Source: an uncultured Mageeibacillus sp.
Lineage (GTDB): Bacteria; Bacillota; Clostridia; Saccharofermentanales; DTU023
DNA length: 64,000 nt
Reading direction: 5' to 3'
Assembly (NCBI GenBank): GCA_964606165.1
Contig: CAZSFQ010000001.1
Location: forward strand, 6,905 to 70,904
Both the position numbers and the translations under genes were made by a program. The notes beneath the pieces were generated by a model, which had not been told where the DNA came from, did no database searches, and saw only the letters and a list, made by a program, of their open reading frames with translations. Position 1 is the stretch's first letter. Each line of letters begins with the position of its first letter. Shown one piece after another: positions 28,591 through 37,843 of the stretch.

Positions 28591-29162
28591 AAATCACCTC
28601 CGTCCTCCATTTCCTGCAGAGTAAAAAGAAGTCTTGCCGACTTTTTCTCGCCCACGTCCACGATGTGCTTGGAATCCCAGACGGCGCTGTACGGATAAAA
28701 GCCTTCCTTCGTAAAGGGCTGACCGTTCTTTGTCGACGTCCGCTTCAAAGCATCCACTTCCAGCTCGTCTCCTGCCAAAAGTGCTCCTGGAAAATGTGCC
28801 CACTGTCCGCCCACGCCTTGAGCTAAAGTCACGCTTCCTTCTGCGAGGTCGGTCTTCGGATAGAGCTTGATATCAAGTCCCGCCGAGGTCTTGCCAAGGT
28901 TAAAAAGAATCAGCGTTTCTCTCCCTCGGACGATAGCGTTATACCAGACCGGCTCACGCACGGCACCGTCCACGCTGTGTTTTTTCAATAAAGTCTCCGT
29001 ATGTGGCAGAAAGCCTGTCAGTCGGTCGCCTTCCTGGAGCATCAAGTCCGTTAGCCAGACGATGCCTGACATATCTTTTAAGATCGGCTTTATCGTGACC
29101 GAAACCACTCGGGACTCGCTTTTTTTATTGACGGTTTCAGAAAGCCTGTAAAATTTCTGCAT
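28587..29162 (-). CDS. phage hypothetical protein (tail fibre-associated?)
   Basis: 191-aa ORF coupled to its neighbours. It shares an LTDLMLQEG..TG..PH.E motif with the upstream 65-aa ORF. Confidence 0.45.
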   Translation of the reverse strand: MQKFYRLSETVNKKSESRVVSVTIKPILKDMSGIVWLTDLMLQEGDRLTGFLPHTETLLKKHSVDGAVREPVWYNAIVRGRETLILFNLGKTSAGLDIKLYPKTDLAEGSVTLAQGVGGQWAHFPGALLAGDELEVDALKRTSTKNGQPFTKEGFYPYSAVWDSKHIVDVGEKKSARLLFTLQEMEDGGDF

Positions 29163-29170
29163 ACGATCAC

Positions 29171-29368
29171 CTAACCGTCAAGCGAAAAGCGGATCTCGGA
29201 CGGGTGCCCGACCCAGCCCGTAGCGACCGAGCCGCCCTGAAGCAGGAGGTCCGTCACGAGGATTTTCCCCGTGCAGTCAGAGATAAAGACCCGCACCGTG
29301 ATGGATTTTAGTTTTGAGCGGTAGCCCTTCGGCTGAATGGTATCTTTTGCCGTTCTGAAATAAGCCAT
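29171..29368 (-). CDS. phage hypothetical small protein
   Basis: 65-aa ORF with the motif ILVTDLLLQGGSVATGWVGHPSE, typical of beta-sandwich tips of phage fibre proteins. Confidence 0.35.
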   Translation of the reverse strand: MAYFRTAKDTIQPKGYRSKLKSITVRVFISDCTGKILVTDLLLQGGSVATGWVGHPSEIRFSLDG

Positions 29369-29379
29369 AAGCCGCCTCC

Positions 29380-31905
29380 TTAGTACAGGTCAATAAAGCG
29401 CGTTTCCGTGCTGCCATCCTCGTACTCGATGACCACCTCCACGCCGACCTGAGAAACATCTGATAGTTTTTCCAAATTTTCCGAAGCGATGGCAAGAGAG
29501 AGCGTGTAGCTCTTTCTGTTGGAAGGATAGACAGTCTGTGCCATCCACTTCGTAAGTCCCGGCGTGCCCTCCGCCTTAAAGGCCGCTGTGCCGGAACCGC
29601 CCGTTTCTGCGACCGCTTCAAAGCCGGAGTTCGTCCAGTTTGCCATGTCGTCGTCGGCGCGGGAGTTTTTCAGATGATTGAAGGGCACCATATCGGAGAT
29701 GTTGCCACCTGAGAAAGCACCTGCGCCCTGTAGCGAATCTGCCACGGTTTCAAGCCGGCTCACAGATGAACCGAGGTTCTTTAAGGTGGTGGATAATTCC
29801 AGCACCGTGTTCCAAGGCTCCTGCAAGTTGTACTCCCGACGGACTATCCTTGTTGTGACGCTGAGTCCCAGTTCCTTATCCTCCACCCGCACATAATCGC
29901 CAAGCGACCAGGCTTCGTGTTCAAAGCCTGTGAGGACGGATAAGTCCATCGCATTTAAGACATAGGAGACCTTCGGCTTGGCATACTGCGCCAGCCGCAT
30001 GGCGGTATACTCCTTCATCTGATAGGGGTTCGTAAAGGAGGACAGGTCGAGTGAAGAAATGCGGATGTCATTTGTAAAGGTGAAGTCTTCCAGATAGGGC
30101 TTGCCGCCGTTGATATCGGCAAAGGTCAGTCCGTCCTGCCCTGTGGCATAGAGCCTTGTCACCAGGCTTCTCGTATCGACGACCCGCTTGATGCTTTTCA
30201 TATTCTTCTTGTAGGCAAAAAGTGCTCCGGAGTCTTTGCCGCTCACCGTGAAGAGGTGCACCAGCCGATTCGGGCAGTCAAAGACAAGGTCTCCGCCGTG
30301 AAGATCTGCCACCGTCCTCAGCACCGAGAGCGCATTCTTTTCCGTAGAAATCCAGGTGCGTTTTGTCCTGACACCCACCGTGCCGACACTCCACTCCGTG
30401 CCTTCCAGGGCAAAAGCCATCGCCGCTTCCGGTGTCTCTGCGTCAAAGCTTTTCTCAGGCTTTCTGATGCTGACATTTAAGTCATAAAACTCGGCTTCCG
30501 CATAGACTTCCGTCACCGTGCCGCCCTGCATATCTTTAATGTCGCTCACCGTACGGATTTTATAGATATCATCCACGATCTGGATCTTCTTTTCATTCTC
30601 CAAAAAGCGGCGCTTGGCATCCCGGAATGGGAGCTTGAAAGAGAGCGTATCTTCGCCGTTGACCTCGCCTGTGACGATGATCTCGTAGGCATTTTCCAGC
30701 ACCGCTTCCCAGGCGCCGTCTCTGTCCAGGAGCACCGGCCTGGCATAGCCAATTCGCTCATAGGGGGCTTTCGGTATGTCATAGATGCGGATATCCACGA
30801 GCTTCGGTGTCTTTTTCGGATCACTGGTCGTAAGGGTCAGACGAAAGCGGATATAAGAGCTGCTTCCCATAGGAAGAGAGCCGTCTGGCGGGAGTGTTTC
30901 CCAAGCGCTCCAGCTAAGACGGTCTTCACTTGTTGCTATCTCTACCTTCGAAATATCAGTCACTCCCGCTTCGTATTCTTTCGTGATAGAAACTCTCCCA
31001 TTGCCAGAAAGGCTTAAGGGCAGGGCTCTTGTGATCAGCTCGCCGTTTGTAGGAAAATTCCCGTCGACTGCTCTTAGGATGACCTTGTCGGGTTCGGCCG
31101 TGGCATCGACCGTGGACGTGTGAATCCCGCCGTTTGCCGAGAGAGAAGAGAGAAAAAAGTCTTCGACATCCGCTATCGCAAGGCTTGAGTTGGTATCCAA
31201 AAACCAGTCATCAAAGCCGCCCGCATACCAGTAGCTTCCAGCGTGCATTCCCATAATGATATCCGCCACGGAGCTGCGGTTTAGCTCGTCTGTAAAAGAG
31301 TAGACGGGCGAGATCCAGTTTTTGCCATCTGAGCGGTCACCCAGAAAATACTGCGCTGTCTTGTCGTTTGCCCTAATCAGGCAGCAGATAAAGTAGGTGC
31401 CGCCGTTTTGCATGGCAAAGGACGGTGACGTTGTCCTGTCCAAAATGAGCGATCCCGCTTCGTTATAGAGCATGATGCGGGGACGTCCCTGGAAAAGCGA
31501 CAGATAGAAGATCGGCTGACCCGGACCGTACCGGGTATTAAAGAGCGGACAGTAGGTGTTGCCGACGGAGTAAATGGTCGGCATCATCCAGCCGCCGACA
31601 GCGATGGTATCGCCTAAGTCCCGAAAGAACGTGCCGTCATTGGCGGCTTTCAGGTAGGTTTTTTCATTAGCGGGATCGTTAAGGTTGATCTTAATTGAGC
31701 CACCAAGACCACCGGAAACAAGGCCTGCCGTCACGCCGGTGCGGTTTACAACTTCAAGCTTTCTGTTTTGTCCGGAGCTGTCCGTCAAAAGACCATTTTC
31801 ATCCCAGGCGTCATCGTTAAAACGCCAGAGCCCGGACATGGCATGCTCTTTCGGAAACTCACCAGTAAAGTCTTCCTGTCTGTTAAGGATTGTTTTAAGT
31901 GCCAT
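29380..31905 (-). CDS. tail-associated lysin/Tal-type protein (prophage tail endopeptidase / minor structural protein family) with long N-terminal extension
   Basis: The central segment YERIGYARPVLLDRDGAWEAVLENAYEIIVTGEVNGEDTLSFKLPF... resembles the N-terminus of siphovirus Tal proteins. The gene is positioned after Dit. Confidence 0.65.
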   Translation of the reverse strand: MALKTILNRQEDFTGEFPKEHAMSGLWRFNDDAWDENGLLTDSSGQNRKLEVVNRTGVTAGLVSGGLGGSIKINLNDPANEKTYLKAANDGTFFRDLGDTIAVGGWMMPTIYSVGNTYCPLFNTRYGPGQPIFYLSLFQGRPRIMLYNEAGSLILDRTTSPSFAMQNGGTYFICCLIRANDKTAQYFLGDRSDGKNWISPVYSFTDELNRSSVADIIMGMHAGSYWYAGGFDDWFLDTNSSLAIADVEDFFLSSLSANGGIHTSTVDATAEPDKVILRAVDGNFPTNGELITRALPLSLSGNGRVSITKEYEAGVTDISKVEIATSEDRLSWSAWETLPPDGSLPMGSSSYIRFRLTLTTSDPKKTPKLVDIRIYDIPKAPYERIGYARPVLLDRDGAWEAVLENAYEIIVTGEVNGEDTLSFKLPFRDAKRRFLENEKKIQIVDDIYKIRTVSDIKDMQGGTVTEVYAEAEFYDLNVSIRKPEKSFDAETPEAAMAFALEGTEWSVGTVGVRTKRTWISTEKNALSVLRTVADLHGGDLVFDCPNRLVHLFTVSGKDSGALFAYKKNMKSIKRVVDTRSLVTRLYATGQDGLTFADINGGKPYLEDFTFTNDIRISSLDLSSFTNPYQMKEYTAMRLAQYAKPKVSYVLNAMDLSVLTGFEHEAWSLGDYVRVEDKELGLSVTTRIVRREYNLQEPWNTVLELSTTLKNLGSSVSRLETVADSLQGAGAFSGGNISDMVPFNHLKNSRADDDMANWTNSGFEAVAETGGSGTAAFKAEGTPGLTKWMAQTVYPSNRKSYTLSLAIASENLEKLSDVSQVGVEVVIEYEDGSTETRFIDLY

Positions 31906-31907
31906 CT

Positions 31908-32684
31908 CTACCTCCAGCGACTTTTTGCCTGTATCTTGAGTTCGGTAAATACGGCGTTGCTCGCTTCAATCACGATCTCATTGCCACCGACTCGAAGCTC
32001 AGGAAAGTTCAGCTCCTGTAAGAGCGGCAGTCCGTTTCTAAGAATCGTGCCGTTTTGAGCTTTGACATAAGCCGTCATATTCTCTGTATCAATAAAAAGT
32101 GTCTCACCGGGTGAAAGACTGGCATTCACCAGCTTCATCTCTGCGCCACTCACAGAGACAGAGATGTAGTTGTTAGGTGTTTTTGTCAGTTCTCCCTGTA
32201 AGGCATAGACCGGAGCGGACTCGATATTGCCAAGTAATCTCGTCACGGTATGTGTTCCTGTCTCTGTCAAAACAAAATTCTCATCTTCCACGGCATAGGA
32301 AAAGGGATCGGGGCAAAAGAACTTCAGTTCAAAGCGTCCTGCTGCCCGGATGACCCGTTCGCAATCCACCTTGTCTTTCAGCCTTGCCATAAAATAGCGG
32401 TCGGGCACTTCGTCAAAGATGAGCTGCTTTAAGCCGTCCAAAGGCGAGAGCCAGAGGGCAATCTGATCGAGTTCAGCTACCAAATTTTCAAAACGAAGCT
32501 TCGGAAAGATGGAACAGGACACGCTGATTTCCCGGCTGTCGAGATCCGATCCGAAGTCCGCTGCTCCGTATTTTCCAGGAATGGATGTGCTGTAGTTTCG
32601 CAGTGCGCCCGATACCTGCCAGGAGAGAAGTCTCGCCTTGACGCCCATTTCCTGCGAGGATATGTCGTTATAGATAAATCCCAT
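31908..32684 (-). CDS. distal tail protein (Dit, phage tail family)
   Basis: MGFIYNDISSQEMGVKA... is the typical Sipho_tail start. The gene lies directly downstream of the tape measure gene. Confidence 0.7.
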   Translation of the reverse strand: MGFIYNDISSQEMGVKARLLSWQVSGALRNYSTSIPGKYGAADFGSDLDSREISVSCSIFPKLRFENLVAELDQIALWLSPLDGLKQLIFDEVPDRYFMARLKDKVDCERVIRAAGRFELKFFCPDPFSYAVEDENFVLTETGTHTVTRLLGNIESAPVYALQGELTKTPNNYISVSVSGAEMKLVNASLSPGETLFIDTENMTAYVKAQNGTILRNGLPLLQELNFPELRVGGNEIVIEASNAVFTELKIQAKSRWR

Positions 32685-32696
32685 CCGTCTCCTCCT

Positions 32697-35204
32697 TTAA
32701 GCCGGCACAAAGCGGCCCTGCGCTCTGGAACCTGCCTGCATGAGGTCATAAAGTTCCTGCGAGACCCGCCTGATATCATCGTCGCTTCGGACAAACATCT
32801 GCTCGATAGTAATTTGGAAAGTCCCTTCTCCGAGGGCAAAGCCTCCTGCCACACTGCTGACGGCCGTTTCGGCATTGACCTTAAAATCAGTAGGAAGGGC
32901 TACGCTCATGTCTTCTCCGAGCTGACCCATCACATCGTTGATATCTTTTGCTAAATCCACGCTGGCTTTGACAGCATCGTCGCCTGTATGTTCAATGGCA
33001 CCAGCCAGACCTTCCACCAGCATTTCGCCGATCCAGGCCATCTCCTTGGAGGGAGAGCTGATGCCAAAGAAGCTCTTGATCCCACCCCAGAGATCGGATG
33101 CCCAGCCGGACACCTTATCCCAGATCCAGCCGGCGAGTCCCTTGATACCTTCCCAGAGACCTTTCACGATATTGCCGCCGACTTCGACGATCTTGTACAT
33201 GAGCGAACCGAAAGCGCTGACAATGCCCGCAATAATCTCCGGCACCGCTTTGACAATCTCCACGATGATGGTCGGGAGGTTTTCAATGAGCGAAACAAAG
33301 AGTTCTACTCCAGCCAGAATGATCTTGTCGATGTTTCCGGCAAAGGCATTGACAATGGCAGCGATGATTTCAGGGATTGCTTTCACAATGGTTGTAATGA
33401 TCTGAGGCAGAGCCTGAATCAAAGCCACGAGCAGTTTTATTCCGGCATCAATCAACTGCGGGATCGAGTCCAGAATCGCCGTGACAATGGAGTCGATAAT
33501 CTCAGGGATGGCTGCTACAATCTGCGTGATGATCTCAGGGAGCGCTTCCACCAGCGCCGTTAGCAGTGCAATGCCTGTCTCAATTATCTGCGGGATGGCA
33601 TCCAGGATAAACGTGATAATGGACTCTATAATCTCTGGCAGGGCTTCTAAAAGCACCGGAATGGCGGCGATAAGGCCTTCCGCCAGCCCCATGATGAGCT
33701 GGAGCGCCGCATCCAAAAGAAGCGGCATATTGTCCAGAAGACCCTGAATAATCGTCATAATGGCCTGTACGGCGGCAGGGATTAGAGTCGGAAGCGCCAA
33801 GCCTATGCCTTCTACCAGAGCCGTTATAAGCTGCATGGCCGCTTCGATTAAAAGCGGCAGGTTTTCAATAAGGGCGGTCACAATCGTCATCAGTGCATCG
33901 ACCGCCACGGGGATCAGTTCCGGTAAAAGCTCAAGCAAAGTCTCCAGTACCTGCGTAAAGAGAGCGGTCACCGTATCAAGAAGTGTAGGCAAAAGCTCAC
34001 CGACGGCTTTTAGGATTCCGTCCACAGCCACAGGGAGCGCCTTAACCACATTTTCTAGAACGGGCACGATGTTTTTCACGACCGCACCGAAAGCGTCCAC
34101 CACATTGGCCGTGAGGTTTTCCATATCGGCATTGGCATTGCCAAGCCCGCCCACAAAGGAGCCGACCGAAGCTTCCAAAAGACCTAATGATCCGGTCACG
34201 GTCTCTGTCGCTTCACGGGCGAAGTTTCCCGCATATTGCTCGGTGTTCTCGAAGAACATCTGCATGGCAACTTCGGCCTTTTCTGCCTGTGTAGCGGTCG
34301 CCCAAGTAAAGTCCAATCCTTTGGCAAGAGCATAGGCTTCGATGTTCGTAGCGTTCATTGCAACACCAAGGTTATCCATCATCGTAAAGTTGCCCTTGGC
34401 CGCTCCTGCCACGGAGTCGAGGGCCATCTGCATATCGATGCCCATGACGGAAGCCATGTCCGCCGCTCTCTGCATGGCTTTTTCAGTCAGTTCCAGACTC
34501 TTTTGCTGCTCAATGCCGGAGCCTTGGAAAAGAGCGCCCATCTTGTTGGCCGTCGCTAGATACTGGCTCTGGGAAACGCCCATATTCTTGTAGGCTTCTT
34601 CGCCTGTCTTTTGAATGGAAGCGGCGTACTCGCCGAAGACAGCTTCTGAGCCGCCGAGGTTTTGTTCCAGTTCACCAAACTGCTTAACAACTTCTTTACC
34701 AAGTTTAATCGCTGCAGCACCTGCCGCCACAGCGACTGTGCCCATGGCGACACCGACACCCTTTAAGACGGAGCCGAGTTTTTTGAACTTGCCTTCCGAG
34801 CCTTCCGCAGCCTTACCTGATTCGTCGAGCTTGTCACCCAAGTCGTCCGCACTGTCGGCGGACTCGTCCAGCTCCCGCTCCATATCATTTAAGGCGGCTT
34901 CGGCTTCGTTGAGCTTGATGCGCCAGTTATCTGTCCTGCGGTCGTTTTCCCCGAAGGAGTCGGCCGCATTTTCCAGAGCTGCCTGAAGCGTCTTGATCTT
35001 GTCCTTTTGTGCGTCGATTTCTTTATTTAAGATTTTCTGTTTGGCGGCAGAGCTTTCCAGCGAGTTGTCGTTCTTGCCAAACTGCGACTCCACCAGCTTC
35101 ATCTCCGAGCCTAAGACCCGAAACGAGCGGTTGATTTCTGAGAGCGCCTTTTTGAACTCTCGTTCGCCTTCAAGACCAATCTTGAGACCGAAATTATCAG
35201 CCAT
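32697..35204 (-). CDS. tail tape measure protein
   Basis: 835 aa with an N-terminal coiled coil, a long Ala/Ile/Leu-rich repetitive helical core, and the expected position after the frameshifted chaperone. Confidence 0.9.
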   Translation of the reverse strand: MADNFGLKIGLEGEREFKKALSEINRSFRVLGSEMKLVESQFGKNDNSLESSAAKQKILNKEIDAQKDKIKTLQAALENAADSFGENDRRTDNWRIKLNEAEAALNDMERELDESADSADDLGDKLDESGKAAEGSEGKFKKLGSVLKGVGVAMGTVAVAAGAAAIKLGKEVVKQFGELEQNLGGSEAVFGEYAASIQKTGEEAYKNMGVSQSQYLATANKMGALFQGSGIEQQKSLELTEKAMQRAADMASVMGIDMQMALDSVAGAAKGNFTMMDNLGVAMNATNIEAYALAKGLDFTWATATQAEKAEVAMQMFFENTEQYAGNFAREATETVTGSLGLLEASVGSFVGGLGNANADMENLTANVVDAFGAVVKNIVPVLENVVKALPVAVDGILKAVGELLPTLLDTVTALFTQVLETLLELLPELIPVAVDALMTIVTALIENLPLLIEAAMQLITALVEGIGLALPTLIPAAVQAIMTIIQGLLDNMPLLLDAALQLIMGLAEGLIAAIPVLLEALPEIIESIITFILDAIPQIIETGIALLTALVEALPEIITQIVAAIPEIIDSIVTAILDSIPQLIDAGIKLLVALIQALPQIITTIVKAIPEIIAAIVNAFAGNIDKIILAGVELFVSLIENLPTIIVEIVKAVPEIIAGIVSAFGSLMYKIVEVGGNIVKGLWEGIKGLAGWIWDKVSGWASDLWGGIKSFFGISSPSKEMAWIGEMLVEGLAGAIEHTGDDAVKASVDLAKDINDVMGQLGEDMSVALPTDFKVNAETAVSSVAGGFALGEGTFQITIEQMFVRSDDDIRRVSQELYDLMQAGSRAQGRFVPA
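33225..34067 (-). repeat. in-frame tandem helical repeats inside the tape measure gene
   Basis: Reiterated units of the form ALPEII..IV.AIP.II..GI.LL.ALV. They generate several low-complexity shadow ORFs on the plus strand. Confidence 0.7.
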
Positions 35205-35222
35205 AAAGCCACCTCCTTCCTG

Positions 35223-35794
35223 TTAAATGTCAAAGGGAATTACCTCATCGATGGAAAGCTCCAGCTTCGGTTTGGCCATGCCTTCGTACTGCCTGTGGCA
35301 TTCGATGAGATCTAAAAGTAAAGAAAACGGCATGAGCCACACTTCATCCTGACTGAGGTGAAGGCGGCTCAGGCCGTAATATAAAAGGCGGGTAAATAAC
35401 GCCTGGTCACTTACCCGGCCGGCGCGTTTTTTGAGTCGGGCTCACTTTCCACGTTTCGCTTTGTGCCCTTGAACAGGGCATCGGTAATGGCATCTTTGTA
35501 GCCTGCAAGGTCAAGCGGAGAAGTCAACAGTTCCACTTCCTCCTCGGTTAAAAGATCTTTCGGTTCCTCTTTGTGTTTCAGGTTGTAGATCAGGATCGAC
35601 TGATTGGCCAGAAGCGTAATCAGCCAGACGATCTCACCTATGGCCATCTCAAAATTCTCCGTTTTCATGAGCTTCTCGCCGAGGTTTTCAAGGCCGCCGT
35701 AGCGTCCGGCAATTTCTTTGGTCGCACGGGTCGTGAGAAGAAGCTCATAGTCCTTATCGCCGACCTTAATGGTTGTCGTATACTCGTCGTACAT
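35223..35794 (-). CDS. tail assembly chaperone, long (-1 frameshift, G-T type) product
   Basis: The -1 frame is open from the slippery site to a TAA at 35223. It encodes KKRAGRVSDQALFTRLLYYGLSRLHLSQDEVWLMPFSLLLDLIECHRQYEGMAKPKLELSIDEVIPFDI. Confidence 0.65.
35411..35794 (-). CDS. tail assembly chaperone (short product)
   Basis: 127-aa ORF between the major tail protein and tape measure genes. Confidence 0.75.
   Translation of the reverse strand: MYDEYTTTIKVGDKDYELLLTTRATKEIAGRYGGLENLGEKLMKTENFEMAIGEIVWLITLLANQSILIYNLKHKEEPKDLLTEEEVELLTSPLDLAGYKDAITDALFKGTKRNVESEPDSKNAPAG
35426..35432 (-). promoter_or_regulatory. programmed -1 ribosomal frameshift slippery heptamer A AAA AAC
   Basis: The minus strand reads GAC TCA AAA AAC GCG in the zero frame, which is a canonical X XXY YYZ site. 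It lies 4 codons before the zero-frame stop. Confidence 0.65.
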
Positions 35795-35805
35795 AGCGCT
35801 CCTCC

Positions 35806-36399
35806 TTAAGGCACAACCGGTGTATAGTTCGGTTCATAGACCGCTTCATACCAGCCGCTGATAGTTTCCTGGGAGACTCCCTGTGCGCCTTCCGTGACCT
35901 CCGCTTTCCAGGGATGACGGCCTTCCGTATCCGCCTTGTTGCGTCTTAAAATCGTGCCCTCAATGGTCGGGGTGGAAAAGGTGATCGAGTCGCCCTTGGT
36001 CTCAAGGTTAGTCGCCGGAATACCGAACTTCACTCGGTAGAGCCAGAAGTAGCGGTACTTGCCGTTGGACTTCTTTGCCCGAAAGCCCACCGCCACCGGA
36101 TCACCACCGTCCTCTGATGAGGAGATCAGCACCTTGTTGGCATCAATCACCGCGCCTGTGAGTCCGGACGCCGTTTCCGCACCGATGTCATCTACACCGA
36201 GTGAGAGCGTGCCGGACTTAAATTCTTTTACAATCTCTGATGCACCGTCATCGGCATACAGGATCGCTTCAGCCAGTTCTACGGAAAGTTCCGCCGAGAT
36301 CGCCTTGGCGAGCTGTTTCGGTACATCGTAAGTTTCGTCACCGTTTTCTGCTTCGGTGATTTTTGCGTAGTAGAGTTTATCGAGGCCTATCGTAGCCAT
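35806..36399 (-). CDS. major tail protein (phi13-like family)
   Basis: MATIGLDKLYYAKITEAENGDETYDVP... is the typical N-terminus, and the synteny fits. Confidence 0.8.
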   Translation of the reverse strand: MATIGLDKLYYAKITEAENGDETYDVPKQLAKAISAELSVELAEAILYADDGASEIVKEFKSGTLSLGVDDIGAETASGLTGAVIDANKVLISSSEDGGDPVAVGFRAKKSNGKYRYFWLYRVKFGIPATNLETKGDSITFSTPTIEGTILRRNKADTEGRHPWKAEVTEGAQGVSQETISGWYEAVYEPNYTPVVP

Positions 36400-36402
36400 A
36401 AA

Positions 36403-36747
36403 TCATTCCTCCAATCGGACGTATTCTTTTGCCGCGTCCAGGCTGTAGTGGTAATAGCCCGTCTCATCGTCCACACCTAAAAAGCGGCGCTCCGTGATGA
36501 TGAAGTCCCGCTCCAAAAGTGCATCGGTGAGACGGCGTTTCCACGCTAAATAGTTATCCTTCGTAAAAAGCGAGAGACGGATTTCCTCTGTCTCCATCTG
36601 TGGTTTGTTGTCGGCAAAGAGCGTGAGGTCATCAAAGAGCGGCGTGAAGACAAGGTAGGTCGATGGCGCTTTGCCATGGAAGGAAATCGTGCCGGAAGGA
36701 AGCCCTAAAGAACCCGCCATCTCTTTTAATTCTGCAAGCGCTGTCAT
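36403..36747 (-). CDS. phage head-tail joining / tail terminator-like protein
   Basis: 114-aa ORF between the gp10-like gene and the major tail gene. Assigned by position only. Confidence 0.4.
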   Translation of the reverse strand: MTALAELKEMAGSLGLPSGTISFHGKAPSTYLVFTPLFDDLTLFADNKPQMETEEIRLSLFTKDNYLAWKRRLTDALLERDFIITERRFLGVDDETGYYHYSLDAAKEYVRLEE

Positions 36748-37175
36748 AGGTCAAGCTCCCGTTTCAGGACATCTTCCATGCGGGAGATCGCCTTTTTTCT
36801 GGCCTTCCGTCTGGCGGGCTTCATCCAGGGCTTGGCAGGCTGACCTGCTTTCCCGTATTCCAGCACCTGTGCCTTCAAGGCATCCGGTACGCCCTTCTTG
36901 TCCCTCGAATCTCCCACGCCGACCCTGATATTCCATTCGCCCTTCCGATCCTGCAGAGCAGGTGTGATGCCGAGACTTTTCTCCAAAGCCCCCGTCGAGC
37001 GGGATTTCACCTTCGTGTTTTTCCCGATGACATTTCTGAGATTGTCTTTCATCTGAGAGAGCACTACTTCGCCGCCAGCTTCTAGAACCTTGGGAGCTGC
37101 GCTGTCAAACTTATCGCCGAGCTTTGAGAGCTTATCCATAAACTCATCCGGCAGTTTCATTTCACACCGTGCCAT
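36744..37175 (-). CDS. HK97 gp10-family phage protein
   Basis: ...VLEAGGEVVLSQMKDNL...LKAQVLEYGKAGQPAKPWMKPA is the typical gp10-family end. The start is trimmed to ATG 37175. Confidence 0.7.
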   Translation of the reverse strand: MARCEMKLPDEFMDKLSKLGDKFDSAAPKVLEAGGEVVLSQMKDNLRNVIGKNTKVKSRSTGALEKSLGITPALQDRKGEWNIRVGVGDSRDKKGVPDALKAQVLEYGKAGQPAKPWMKPARRKARKKAISRMEDVLKRELDL

Positions 37176-37512
37176 CTTGAACAACCCCCTCCGTATCAAC
37201 CTTCTCTGCGAGGATTTCCCAATACAGTCCTTTATGCCGGATGTCCTCAACCGAGAGAATGTTGTACCTGCCGTCTTCTGTCACAACCACACAGCGGGTA
37301 TCGAGCTTGATGCCCGCTATCACCCGGATGCGAAAGAGCGTGGTCGCCTTAGAAAAAAGACTGCGGTTCTTCCACGCTTCACTCCCGTAGCGGTCTTCAC
37401 GGTAGGCTCTGACGCTTGCCAGAAGTTCGTCCCGTTCAGTGGGAAAACCCTCGCTGTCCGTCCCACTCTCCACCCGGAAAAGCTCAATAAAGTGCTGCAG
37501 TTTGATGCTCAT
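37162..37512 (-). CDS. phage head closure protein (head-tail adaptor)
   Basis: RVESGTDSEGFPTERDELLASVRAYREDRYGSEAW pattern, with fitting synteny. Confidence 0.7.
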   Translation of the reverse strand: MSIKLQHFIELFRVESGTDSEGFPTERDELLASVRAYREDRYGSEAWKNRSLFSKATTLFRIRVIAGIKLDTRCVVVTEDGRYNILSVEDIRHKGLYWEILAEKVDTEGVVQDGTV

Positions 37513-37826
37513 AAGATCACCTCCCGGTCGCCCTGGAGGAGAAGCTTCACCGTCTCCCAGACCTGCTTTGCAGCTTCCGGAGAATCGGCGAAAAAGCCGG
37601 CTGTCGATCCGTCCCTGCTCTCATAAAAGAAGGTCGCCAGAACGATGACAGCCTGTTTGGTACTGTCGGTCATTTCATTGGTTTGGTAGTAATCGGGTCC
37701 CTTTTTCTGATAGCCCTCCGCATAGGAAACGGCGGAGGACAGGCAGCGGAGCAGAAGGGCATCGTCCGCATCATGCTCCACTGCCAGATTCTCTTTTAAG
37801 GGAACCAGCAAATCCTCCGCCTTCAT
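37509..37826 (-). CDS. gp6-like head-tail connector protein
   Basis: A small helical protein directly after the capsid gene. The segment LKENLAVEHDADDALLLRCLSSAVSYAEGY is typical. Confidence 0.65.
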   Translation of the reverse strand: MKAEDLLVPLKENLAVEHDADDALLLRCLSSAVSYAEGYQKKGPDYYQTNEMTDSTKQAVIVLATFFYESRDGSTAGFFADSPEAAKQVWETVKLLLQGDREVIL

Positions 37827-37843
37827 CCCTCAAACCTCCTGTC

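Noticed and set aside
33225-34067. Periodic nucleotide repeats that might be taken for a CRISPR-like or tandem-repeat locus.
   Set aside because: The repeats are in-frame, degenerate protein repeats within the tape measure ORF. There is no repeat-spacer regularity and no cas genes anywhere in the window.
32938-35226. Many long plus-strand ORFs (for example 32988-33563, 33760-34335, 34615-34986) antisense to the tape measure gene, with Ser/Ala/Pro-rich low-complexity products.
   Set aside because: They are shadow ORFs created by the repetitive Ala/Ile/Leu-rich codon pattern of the minus-strand tape measure gene. They have no RBS and no recognisable domains.
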